From the NCBI GenBank assembly GCA_021325135.1, contig JAJPHT010000020.1:32001-96000 (forward strand): a DNA stretch of 64,000 bases. The letters run 5' to 3'. Within the stretch, counting starts at the first letter, position 1, and the number at the start of each line of letters is the position of its first letter. This DNA is from Pseudomonadota bacterium (GTDB taxonomy: Archaea > Thermoplasmatota > SW-10-69-26 > JACQPN01 > JAJPHT01). Under the pieces are notes generated by a model, which saw nothing but the letters and a program-made list of their open reading frames with translations, was not told the origin of the DNA and did not search any database. Position numbers and translations under genes: made by a program. This document shows positions 9,728 through 18,384 of the stretch, in pieces.

Positions 9728-10621
9728 GTGGAGCGCCCCTCCCGCGCGCGGACGATCCTCGAGTTCGTGAAGATCGAGCACGCCCTCTTCGCGCTCCCCT
9801 TCGTGCTCGCGGGCATGATCGAGGGGTTCCGCGAGCGCGGCGTCCCGCTGCGCCCCACCGCGGAGGGCGCGCGCCTCCTGCTCCTCGTCCTCGTGGCGGC
9901 CGTCTCCGCGCGGACGCTGGCCATGACGCTCAACCGCATCGTGGACCGCGGCCTCGACGCGCGCAACCCGCGCACCGCAGGCCGCGCCATCCCCGCGGGC
10001 CTCCTCTCCACGCGCGCCGCGTGGGCGCTGGCCGCGGTCTCGCTCGTCCTCCTCGTCGCGGCCTCGGCGCTCCTCAACCCCCTGGTGCTGGCGCTGACGC
10101 CCGTCCTCGCGCTCCTCTTCTTCGCCTACCCCTACGCGAAGCGCGTCACCTGGGCGTGCCACTTCGTGCTGGGCCTCGCCTTCCTCTGCGCGCCCGCGGG
10201 CGGCTTCCTGGCGGTGACGGGCTCCTTCGCGGGCTGGACGCGCGTGCTGCCCCTGTCGCTGGCGGCCATGGCGTGGGTGTCCGGCTTTGATATCATCTAC
10301 GCCCTGCTGGACCTCCCCTTCGACCGCGCGAACGAGGTCAGGAGCGTGCCCGCCGTCTTCGGCGAGGGCCCCGCGCGGCGCGTGGCGGTGGGGCTCCACG
10401 TGCTCACCGTGCTCCTCCTCGCCATCTACGCCCGCCTCGCGGGCTTGGGCTGGCCCATGTACCTCGCCGTCGTCGCCATCGCGGCGCTCCTCGCCTACGA
10501 GCACGCGACCGTCGACCCCAGCGACCCGGTGGCCATCAACAAGGCGTTCTTCCAGGTCAACGCCGTCGTGGGCTGGGTCGCGCTGGCGGGCGTCGCCGCC
10601 GCCCTCTGGCTCGCCGCGTGA
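9728..10621 (+). CDS. ubiA: UbiA-family prenyltransferase (MqnP-like)
   Basis: VKIEHALFALPF, NRIVDRGLDARNPRTAGRAIP, YPYAKR, GFDIIYALLD, INKAFFQVN. Confidence 0.9.
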   Translation: MERPSRARTILEFVKIEHALFALPFVLAGMIEGFRERGVPLRPTAEGARLLLLVLVAAVSARTLAMTLNRIVDRGLDARNPRTAGRAIPAGLLSTRAAWALAAVSLVLLVAASALLNPLVLALTPVLALLFFAYPYAKRVTWACHFVLGLAFLCAPAGGFLAVTGSFAGWTRVLPLSLAAMAWVSGFDIIYALLDLPFDRANEVRSVPAVFGEGPARRVAVGLHVLTVLLLAIYARLAGLGWPMYLAVVAIAALLAYEHATVDPSDPVAINKAFFQVNAVVGWVALAGVAAALWLAA

Positions 10622-10683
10622 CGCATACGCTCTCGGGACAAACCGCATCTCCGCCCGCGGAGGGTCCCCCGCGGGATTCGGGC

Positions 10684-11205
10684 ATGCGCACGCCTTGGCT
10701 TCTCCTTGCGCTCCTCGCCTTCGCCGGCGCGGCGCAGGGATCGGACGCGATCGGCTACCAGAGCGGGACCAACCAGTGCGCGATCCTCGCCTACGAGGCC
10801 ATAACACCACCGTCCCTTTGCCCCCACGTCGACCAGTCGGGCACGGCCACGCTGCTGGGCTGCGCGGGCGACCGCTGCACGGTGCGCGTCGACGCCAGCG
10901 CCCTCGCCCTGGGCGTCCTCCCCGCGGCGCAACGCGCGCTGGCGGTGGAGGCGCAGATCGCGGACGCCTCGGAGCCCGCGGCCCCTGCGTGCAGCGTGCT
11001 CAGCGAGGGCCCCAACGTCGCGTGCGACGGCGCGGCGGACCTCGACCTCCCGGTGGCGGCCGGCGCGTGCACCCTCTTCCGCGTGCGCGCCGCCCTCTCG
11101 GACCTGGGCGCTGACGGCGTGACCTTCGTCTACCGCCTCGCCACCGAGCGCGAACTTCAGGTGTGCCGCGACCTCGGCGGCTCCGCGACGATCTCCCTGG
11201 GCTGA
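10684..11205 (+). CDS. Secreted Cys-rich hypothetical protein
   Basis: Signal peptide MRTPWLLLALLAFAGAAQG; 8 Cys. Confidence 0.65.
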   Translation: MRTPWLLLALLAFAGAAQGSDAIGYQSGTNQCAILAYEAITPPSLCPHVDQSGTATLLGCAGDRCTVRVDASALALGVLPAAQRALAVEAQIADASEPAAPACSVLSEGPNVACDGAADLDLPVAAGACTLFRVRAALSDLGADGVTFVYRLATERELQVCRDLGGSATISLG

Positions 11206-11208
11206 GCC

Positions 11209-12600
11209 CTACGAGAGGCGCGGCGCCGCGGCCATGAGCCCCACGCCCTGCTTGAGCACGGCCACGTTGGTCTCGCTGTTGCGCGTCGCCGGGTCGGTCG
11301 CGCACTTGTGGTTGCAGCCGTCGGTGTACGCGACGTACACTCGCCCCTGGCCGTCGCGCTGCATGTCGAAGAAGTCCAGCAGGTTGCGGTCGGGCGTGCC
11401 GTCGTCGCCGCCGTTGTGGACGCGCCCGATGGAGACGGGGTTGTCGTCGGGCGTCAGCTGCTGCGTGACCATCGTCGCGTTCGCGCCGGAGAGGAGGCCG
11501 GTGGTCCACGTGACGTAGAGGTGCCAGCGCGCGTCCTTCGCGGCGTCGTCGGAGTTGGGCGACTTCCACGAGGAGGTGTCCGCCGTGGTTCCATAGTAGC
11601 CGAACATGACGCGGCCCGGGTCGCCCGCGATGGAGACGGCCATCATGCTGGACTTGACCTCGGGGGGAGAGACCTTGATGGCGGGGCCCCACGTCTTGCC
11701 CTTGTCCGTGGAGACGCTGGCGTACATGTGCGCGTCCTTGCCGGGCCAGACGAGGTACGCGTTGCCTGCGGTGTCGATGGCGATGCTGGGATCGTCGCCG
11801 GGCGTGGAGCGGCCCACGCCTCCGGTCTCGATGACGTGCTGCTCCCACGTCATGCCCGAGTCGCGGGAGACGGCCACGACGGGCTGGTCGCAGCCGGCCG
11901 CGGGCAGGTAGAGGATGCCGTCCTTGTCGGACTTGAGGTGGCCGTTGAGGCCGCCGCAGTGCGCCTGGTCGATGGCGATGACGCCGCCCGCGAAGGTGAG
12001 GCCGCCGTCCAGCGAGCGCGCGATGCCGCTGAACGCCGCGCCGTTCCAGCCGTAGTAGACCACGTCGGGGTAGCCCACGGTCACCGTCGTCGCGCCCTGG
12101 GGCTTGCCGGTGCCCACGGTCTGGTGGTCGTCCGCGGGGATGCCGCACGCGGCGGGGTTGTAGAGCCACGTCGCGCCCTCGTCGTCGCTGAACGCCAGGT
12201 AGCTGCACGCGACGTAGAGGTGGTCGAGGAAGACGCGCCCCGTGTCCTGGTCGACCCACAGCATGGGGTCCAGCGTGCGCGGGAAGTTCGCGGGGGGCGA
12301 CGCCAGCGTCCACGAGCTGCCGTTGTCGGTGGAGCGGAACACGTCGTTGGACGACACGACGAAGATCGTCCCCTTGCCCGTGACGCCCAGCGTGGGCTCG
12401 GCGCCCGAGTGCTTCACGTCGCTGAGGAGCCACGTCGCGTTGGCGCCCTCCGGGAGGGGCACCGCCTTGCCGGTCCCGTCGTAGGCGTAGAGCCCGTGCG
12501 TGGCGGGGGGCTGCACGACGGCGCCCGGCACCGAAGGGGGCACGGACTGGAAGCAGCCCGCCAGGAGGAGGGCGACGAGGAGGAGCAGCGAGGCGCGCAC
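11209..12600 (-). CDS. Lipoprotein with BNR/Asp-box beta-propeller (sialidase-like fold)
   Basis: Lipobox LLAGC; Asp-boxes STDNGSSW, SDDEGATW, SLDGGLTF, SRDSGMTW, STDKGKTW. Confidence 0.85.
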   Translation of the reverse strand: MRASLLLLVALLLAGCFQSVPPSVPGAVVQPPATHGLYAYDGTGKAVPLPEGANATWLLSDVKHSGAEPTLGVTGKGTIFVVSSNDVFRSTDNGSSWTLASPPANFPRTLDPMLWVDQDTGRVFLDHLYVACSYLAFSDDEGATWLYNPAACGIPADDHQTVGTGKPQGATTVTVGYPDVVYYGWNGAAFSGIARSLDGGLTFAGGVIAIDQAHCGGLNGHLKSDKDGILYLPAAGCDQPVVAVSRDSGMTWEQHVIETGGVGRSTPGDDPSIAIDTAGNAYLVWPGKDAHMYASVSTDKGKTWGPAIKVSPPEVKSSMMAVSIAGDPGRVMFGYYGTTADTSSWKSPNSDDAAKDARWHLYVTWTTGLLSGANATMVTQQLTPDDNPVSIGRVHNGGDDGTPDRNLLDFFDMQRDGQGRVYVAYTDGCNHKCATDPATRNSETNVAVLKQGVGLMAAAPRLS

Positions 12601-12714
12601 GCACGGTCACGGCCAGCGGGGGCATTTCACGTTTGCGGAGGCAACGCTGCGCTTGCCTGCGTCAAGACGCCTCTGACTCGGCTTGAGCACCCCCCTTGGC
12701 CTTCTCCTGGCCGC

Positions 12715-14454
12715 ATGACGCGCACCATCCTCGCGCTCCTGACCACCTCGATCCTGCTCGCGGCCCTGGCGCCCTTGTCCCAGTCGGCCGCGCTCCCAGC
12801 CCTCGACGACGCCGGAAGGTTCGTGCTCCCCGAGGGGGCCACGCTGCGCCTCCACGCGGACACGAAGATCGTCGCCCCCCAGGGGATCCGCATCGACGGC
12901 ACGATCCTGGGCGAGCGCACGCTGGACGGGCGCGGCGCGAGCCTCGTGCTGGAGACGCCCGGCGACGTCACCCTGCGCGGCAGCATCGTGCTGGCCGACG
13001 GGGCGGACGGCGTGGCCGGCCAGCGCGGCGGCGACGGGGGCGGCCTGGTGGTCGTCTCCCGCAGCGTCCGCCTTGAGCCTGGCTCCCTCGTCGCCCTGGG
13101 CGCGGGGGGGCACGGCGGCGACGTCCGGACCGAAGACCCCCTCTCCGTGGCGCGCGGCGGCGACGGCGGCCGCGGCGGCCCCCTCGTCCTGCAGGCGACC
13201 GAGGCCTTCCTGGATGGGATGGTCCTCCTGGGCAGGGGCGGCGACGGCGGCAGGGCGGACGCGGTCCTCGCGGCCGTGGGCGGCTCGGGCGGGCCCTCCT
13301 CGGTGCTGGTCGCGCCGCGCGGCCACACCGCGATCGCGGGGGGCGCCTGCGCCGACGAGACGTGCCTCGGCCTCTCCACGCTCCTGGCCTGCGGCGCCGA
13401 CGCGGATTGCGCAGGCCGCGAGGTCTGCCTCCCCTCCTGCGAAGGGCTCTCGATCCCGTGCCTCCAGGTCGCGTGCGCGGCGCCCCTGGACGCCCGGCCC
13501 TCCGTCCACGCGCCCCTGCCTGGCCAGCCCGCGAGCCCGGCCATCGTCGCGACGTGCGGCGGGAACGGCGCCGGGGCCACCACGTCCGCGGCCCCGAGCC
13601 CCAGCGGCCTCCCCGGCTCCAACGGCGCGGCTCCGGGCGACCCGGGGACCTCGGGCACCGGAGGCTTCCCGGGCATCAGCACCACGGCGACGGGAGGCGA
13701 CGGCGGGCCCGGCCTCCTCTGCGGCGGCACGGGCGGGAGCGCCACCGCCTTCGGAGGCACCGGAGGCAACGGCGGCAACGGAGGCAACGGCGGATCCGAC
13801 CCGTCCCTCCCTGGCGGCAAGGGCGGGGGCGGCGGCCCCGGAGGCGTGGGCGGCAACGGCGGCGCGACCGGGGGCGCCGGCGGAGCCGCGACGCTGGGCA
13901 CGGGCGGTGCGGGCGGCGACGCCTCGGGCATCGGAGGCAACGGCGGCTGCGGAGGGAACGGAGGCAACGGCGGCTCCGTGGGCGGCTCGGGCGGCGATGG
14001 AGGCCTCGGCGGCGCGGCCGGCGCTGGCGTCGCCACGGGAGGGGTCGGGGGCACCAGCGTGGTCGGCCTCGGAGGGAACGCGGGCAAGGCCAATGCCTTC
14101 GGCGGCTACGGAGGCTGCGGGGGGAGCGGCGGCAACGGCGACTTCTTCGGCGGCGCCGGCGGCAGCGGCGGCGACGGCGGCGTGGGGGGAGGAGCCGGGG
14201 CCTTCGGTTCCGCGGGCGGCAGCGCCCTGGTGGGCGTCAGCGGCAACGGCGGCGACGCCACGAACCAGCCCGGAGGCGGCGGCGACGGTGGCTACGGCGG
14301 CTATGGAAGCCCCGACGGCTGTGGCGGGTCCGGCGGCGCGGGCGGCGCCGGCAGCTCCACCCCGGGCCTGCCGGGCGGCACGCTGCCAGGGAGCGCCGGC
14401 AACAGCAATGGGCCCACCACGGGCCCCTCCGGCTACGGCCCGTCGTGCTCGTGA
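12715..14454 (+). CDS. Secreted glycine-rich (PE_PGRS-like GGxGGx) protein with Cys-rich linker
   Basis: Signal peptide; beta-strand/GGDGG repeats; 8-Cys segment; ~270-aa GGxGGx tail with interspersed Cys. Confidence 0.8.
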   Translation: MTRTILALLTTSILLAALAPLSQSAALPALDDAGRFVLPEGATLRLHADTKIVAPQGIRIDGTILGERTLDGRGASLVLETPGDVTLRGSIVLADGADGVAGQRGGDGGGLVVVSRSVRLEPGSLVALGAGGHGGDVRTEDPLSVARGGDGGRGGPLVLQATEAFLDGMVLLGRGGDGGRADAVLAAVGGSGGPSSVLVAPRGHTAIAGGACADETCLGLSTLLACGADADCAGREVCLPSCEGLSIPCLQVACAAPLDARPSVHAPLPGQPASPAIVATCGGNGAGATTSAAPSPSGLPGSNGAAPGDPGTSGTGGFPGISTTATGGDGGPGLLCGGTGGSATAFGGTGGNGGNGGNGGSDPSLPGGKGGGGGPGGVGGNGGATGGAGGAATLGTGGAGGDASGIGGNGGCGGNGGNGGSVGGSGGDGGLGGAAGAGVATGGVGGTSVVGLGGNAGKANAFGGYGGCGGSGGNGDFFGGAGGSGGDGGVGGGAGAFGSAGGSALVGVSGNGGDATNQPGGGGDGGYGGYGSPDGCGGSGGAGGAGSSTPGLPGGTLPGSAGNSNGPTTGPSGYGPSCS

Positions 14455-14509
14455 GGGCTCCTTGCCGCCGCCCCTCGCTGTTTTCGCACCCTTCGCCGTT
14501 GGGGAAGGC

Positions 14510-15193
14510 ATGGCCGAAGCGGCGTCGCGCGCCGGGGAGGAGCCTGACGACCTGACCCGCGCGCTGGTGGCGGTGGGGAACCGCACGAGGCTGCGCATCC
14601 TGCACCGGCTCGCGCAGCCGGCGTTCGTCCCCGACCTGGCGCGCGAGATGGGCCTCACGCGCCAGGCGGTGGCGCATCACCTGGAGGAATTGATGGCCGT
14701 GGGCCTCGTGGAGGCGGAGCGCGGCGCGCGCCGGGGCATCCTGCCCGCCACGCGTTACGTCGCCAGCGCGTGCGGCCTCTTCGCGTTCAAGGAGAGCGTG
14801 CTGGGCCTCGCCGTGATGCCCAGCGCGAGGGCGGAGCCGCCGCTGCCCACCCGCCCCCTGGGCCCGGGCCGGGTGGGGAGCGCGTCGCGGGGCGCGGGGC
14901 TCCTCCTCGCCCACGGCGACGCGCCGGGACGGTGGTTCGACCTGCGCGCGGGGACGAGCTGGATCCTGGGGCGCGACGCCAAGGCGGACGTGCGCCTCGC
15001 ATACGATCCCTTCGTGAGCACGCGCCACGCCCACCTGCGCCGCGAGGGGGCGCGCTGGAGCCTCACCGACCTGCACAGCACCAACGGCACGCTGGTGAAC
15101 TTCGAGCCCCTGGACGCGGGCGAGGAGCGCGAGGTCGAGCCGGGCGACCTGCTCACGGTGGGAAGGAGCCGGCTTCTCCTGCGGAGCCCGTGA
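14510..15193 (+). CDS. ArsR-like winged-HTH plus FHA domain regulator
   Basis: RLRILHRL..DLAREMGLTRQAVAHHLEELMAVGLV; FHA motifs LGR, VSTRHA, DLHSTNGTLVN, GDLLTVG. Confidence 0.9.
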   Translation: MAEAASRAGEEPDDLTRALVAVGNRTRLRILHRLAQPAFVPDLAREMGLTRQAVAHHLEELMAVGLVEAERGARRGILPATRYVASACGLFAFKESVLGLAVMPSARAEPPLPTRPLGPGRVGSASRGAGLLLAHGDAPGRWFDLRAGTSWILGRDAKADVRLAYDPFVSTRHAHLRREGARWSLTDLHSTNGTLVNFEPLDAGEEREVEPGDLLTVGRSRLLLRSP

Positions 15194-15197
15194 TAGC

Positions 15198-17150
15198 TTG
15201 GACGCCATCGCCCTGGCCTTCGCGGCGGACCTGGCCCTCGGGCTCTTTCTCCTGGCGCTGGCCGCCCTGGCGCCAAGGGCCGCGCGTCCCGGCCCCTCGC
15301 GCTGGCTCCTGGCGGCCTACCTTGCCCTCGTGGGGCTCGACTACGTCTCGGACGGCCTGGCGCGGCTGCTGGACGTGAAGACCCACACCCCGCTGCTCGA
15401 TTGGCTCTCCATCGGCACGCAGGCGCTCGACCCGCCCGTGCTCTTCCTCTTCGCCCTGGCCGTGACGGGCGCGCGGGTGCGGTGGTCCCGCGCGCTCCCC
15501 GCGTGCGCCGGGATCCTCCTCGTCACGTTCCGGCCGCAGCTTCTGGGCATCCCCGTGCAGGTCGGGCCCTTCGCCTACGCGGCCGTGGCGCTGGCGGCCT
15601 ACGTCGGGAGCTTCGCCCTCCTGGCGCGCAGCCACCTCGCGGCCGCCGATGGCGACGAGCGCGAGCCGCGCGGCGTGCTGGTCGTCGCCTTCGGCGTCGT
15701 GTGCCTCACGCGAGTTCCCCTGGCGCTCATCGACTTCCGCATCCTGCCCGTCGGGCCGCCCGGCCGGCAGGGAAGCGCCAGCTGGATGCTGGAGGCCCTT
15801 CTCTTCGGCGCGTTCGTCGCCTTCGCGCTGCTCTCGCGCGCCTTCGCCCGGCCCTCCGCGTGGCCCCACGCCCGCCGCGTCCTCATCGCCACCGGAGCGC
15901 TGCTCACGGTCCTGGATGGCGAGTGGCTGCTGCGGTTCGTCCCCTACCTCCAGGCGCCCTCCTACGCGCTGCTCTGGTCGGCGCGGTGGTTCCTCTTCCT
16001 TGCCGTCGTCATCGCGGGGCTGCGCCGCCACGACCTGCTCGGGCTCTCCGCCACCGTGGCGCCTTGGCTGCGCAGGACGTATGCGGCGCTCCTTGGCGTC
16101 GTGGCGGCCGTGCTCGCCGCCTCCTTCGCGCGGGCGCTCCCGGGCGTGTCGGACCTGGGCGCGGCCGCAGCCGGCGCCGCCGTGGTGGGCGCGGGGGTGG
16201 GCGCCGGCTTCGCCATCCGCGCGGCGGTGCCCAGGACGCCTTCGGAGGCCGAGTGGCGGCGCGCCGCCGTCTATCGCGCGCACCTGGCGCTGGGCTCGCC
16301 GCCTGCGGAGCTGGACGCCGCTCGCCGCGAGCTTGGCCTCTCGGAGCGGGAGGCGCGCGCCATCGCGAGCGCCTTCCGCGTGGAGCGGGAGGTCCCCGCC
16401 GACGCGCTGCCGGAGCGCGTGGAGCCCGGCCACGTCCTCCTGGGCCGCTATCGCGTGGAGCGGGTGCTGGGCGTGGGCGCCTTCGGCCGCGCCTACTCCG
16501 CCGTGGACCTTGCCGAGGAGCGTCGCGTCGTCCTGAAGGAGTTGCTCCCGTCGTGGCGCGGAGACGAGGAGGCCCTCGCCCGGTTCCTCCGCGAGGCGGA
16601 GGTCGCGCTGCGCGTCCGCCACCCCAACCTCGTGGGGCTGCGCGGCATCGAGCGGCTCGCCTCGGGGCACGTCCTGGTGCTGGACCACGTCGAGGGCGAG
16701 ACGCTCGCGGCGCGCCTGGCCCGCGGACCCCTGGAGGAGGCGGAGTCGCGCCGCCTCGCCCGGGACGTCCTGGAGGCGCTCGACGCCCTGCATCGGCGCG
16801 GCATCCTGCATCGCGACGTGAAGCCCGAGAACGTCATGCTGCGGCCCGACGGCTCCGCGGTGCTGCTGGACTTCGGCGCCGCCACGGCCCCCGGGACCGG
16901 CACGCGCCCCGCGCTGGGCCACCCCGGCACGCCGGGGTACGCGAGCCCCGAGCAGCGCCGCGGCGAGCCTTTGGCCCCCTCCAGCGACCTCTATGGCGTG
17001 GGCGCGCTCCTGTGGCGGGGCCTCACCGGCGAGCCGCACCCTCGGGGCCGGGCGCCTCCGTCCTGGGCCGCGCCCCTGGCGAAGGCCACCTCGCCGCGCC
17101 CGGAGGATCGATATCAGGACGCGGACGCGTTCCTCGCCGCCCTCTCGTGA
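15198..17150 (+). CDS. Multi-pass membrane Hanks-type Ser/Thr protein kinase
   Basis: ~8-9 hydrophobic segments, then GVGAFG, VVLKE, HPNLV, HRDVKPEN, DFG, GTPGYASPEQ, SDLYGVG. Confidence 0.92.
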   Translation: MDAIALAFAADLALGLFLLALAALAPRAARPGPSRWLLAAYLALVGLDYVSDGLARLLDVKTHTPLLDWLSIGTQALDPPVLFLFALAVTGARVRWSRALPACAGILLVTFRPQLLGIPVQVGPFAYAAVALAAYVGSFALLARSHLAAADGDEREPRGVLVVAFGVVCLTRVPLALIDFRILPVGPPGRQGSASWMLEALLFGAFVAFALLSRAFARPSAWPHARRVLIATGALLTVLDGEWLLRFVPYLQAPSYALLWSARWFLFLAVVIAGLRRHDLLGLSATVAPWLRRTYAALLGVVAAVLAASFARALPGVSDLGAAAAGAAVVGAGVGAGFAIRAAVPRTPSEAEWRRAAVYRAHLALGSPPAELDAARRELGLSEREARAIASAFRVEREVPADALPERVEPGHVLLGRYRVERVLGVGAFGRAYSAVDLAEERRVVLKELLPSWRGDEEALARFLREAEVALRVRHPNLVGLRGIERLASGHVLVLDHVEGETLAARLARGPLEEAESRRLARDVLEALDALHRRGILHRDVKPENVMLRPDGSAVLLDFGAATAPGTGTRPALGHPGTPGYASPEQRRGEPLAPSSDLYGVGALLWRGLTGEPHPRGRAPPSWAAPLAKATSPRPEDRYQDADAFLAALS

Positions 17151-17184
17151 TGGCGCCAGGGATCGTCGGGGCGGCGCCGTCGCC

Positions 17185-18384
17185 CTAGCGCGGCCCGCCG
17201 CCCAGCTTCACGGGCACGCCGCGGCCGCGGTTCCCGACCTTGCCCAGGTGCACGGAGAGCTGCCCCGTGTCGTGGGGCTTCTCGTCCTCGGTGGGGTCGT
17301 CGAAGCGCCGCAGGATCGCGTAGTACGTGTCGCGCTGCGCGGGGACGTAGCCCCCTTCGCGGAGGTAGCGCCGCGCCGCGGGCGGGTCCATGCCGAAGAG
17401 CGTGCCCGCCGCGCTGATGACGTTCTCCTCCATGAGCACGCCGCCCCAGTCGTTGGCGCCCATCTGGAGCGCCACCTGCGCGACCTTCGGGCCCTCGGTG
17501 ACCCAGCCGGCCTGCACGTTGGCGAAGTTGTCCAGGTAGAGCCGCGAGAGCGCGATGGTCCTCAGGTAGTCCTCGGTGGTGGCGTGGCTCTTCTTGAGGC
17601 GCGTGCTGCCGTCGGTCTGGAAGCTCCACGGGATGAAGGCGGTGAAGCCGCGCGCTCCGCGGGCGACGGCGCGGTCCTGCACCTCGCGCACGCGGTCCAG
17701 GTGCTCCACGCGGTGGCGCCACTCCTCGCCCATGCCGAACATCATGGTGGCGGTGGAGGTCATGCCCAGCTTGTGGCACTCCTCGTGGATCTCCATGTAG
17801 ACCGAGGCCTTGGTCTTCAGCGGCGAGACGCGGTCGCGGATCTCGTCCGAGAGGATCTCCATGCCGCCGCCGGGCAGCGACTTCAAGCCCGCGGCGCGGA
17901 AGCGCTCCAGCACCTCGCGGTAGGAGAGCTTCTCCTGCTGGGCGTAGAACTCGATCTCCGTCGCTGTAAGTGAGTGGATGTCCACCTGAGGGAAGCGCTC
18001 GCGCACCGCGCGGAAGAGCTGCTCAAGGTAGCTCATGGGCAGGTCGGGGTTGAGGCCGCCCTGGAGGAGCACCTGCGTGCCGCCCCACGCGACCAGGGGC
18101 TCGATCTTGGCGAGCACCTGCTCGATGGAGAGCGAGTAGGCGTCCTTCTCCTTCGCGGTGCGGTAGAAGCCGCAGAAGTCGCAGAGCGCGACGCACACGT
18201 TGGTGTAGTTGATGTTGCGGTCCACGACGTAGGTGACCACCTTGGGGTCGGTCACGGCGTTGCGGCGCGCGTTGGCCGCCGCCGCGAGGTCGAGGAAGGG
18301 CGCCTGCGCGACGAGGACGCCCTCCTCCGGGGTCAGGCGGCCGCCCTGCGCGGCCTTGTCGAGAAGCTGCTGGACGCGGGTCAT
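17185..18384 (-). CDS. mqnC: Cyclic dehypoxanthine futalosine synthase (radical SAM)
   Basis: VTYVVDRNINYTNVCVALCDFCGFYR, LLQGGLNP, TATMMFG, AFIPW, EENV, QRDTYY. Confidence 0.9.
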   Translation of the reverse strand: MTRVQQLLDKAAQGGRLTPEEGVLVAQAPFLDLAAAANARRNAVTDPKVVTYVVDRNINYTNVCVALCDFCGFYRTAKEKDAYSLSIEQVLAKIEPLVAWGGTQVLLQGGLNPDLPMSYLEQLFRAVRERFPQVDIHSLTATEIEFYAQQEKLSYREVLERFRAAGLKSLPGGGMEILSDEIRDRVSPLKTKASVYMEIHEECHKLGMTSTATMMFGMGEEWRHRVEHLDRVREVQDRAVARGARGFTAFIPWSFQTDGSTRLKKSHATTEDYLRTIALSRLYLDNFANVQAGWVTEGPKVAQVALQMGANDWGGVLMEENVISAAGTLFGMDPPAARRYLREGGYVPAQRDTYYAILRRFDDPTEDEKPHDTGQLSVHLGKVGNRGRGVPVKLGGGPR

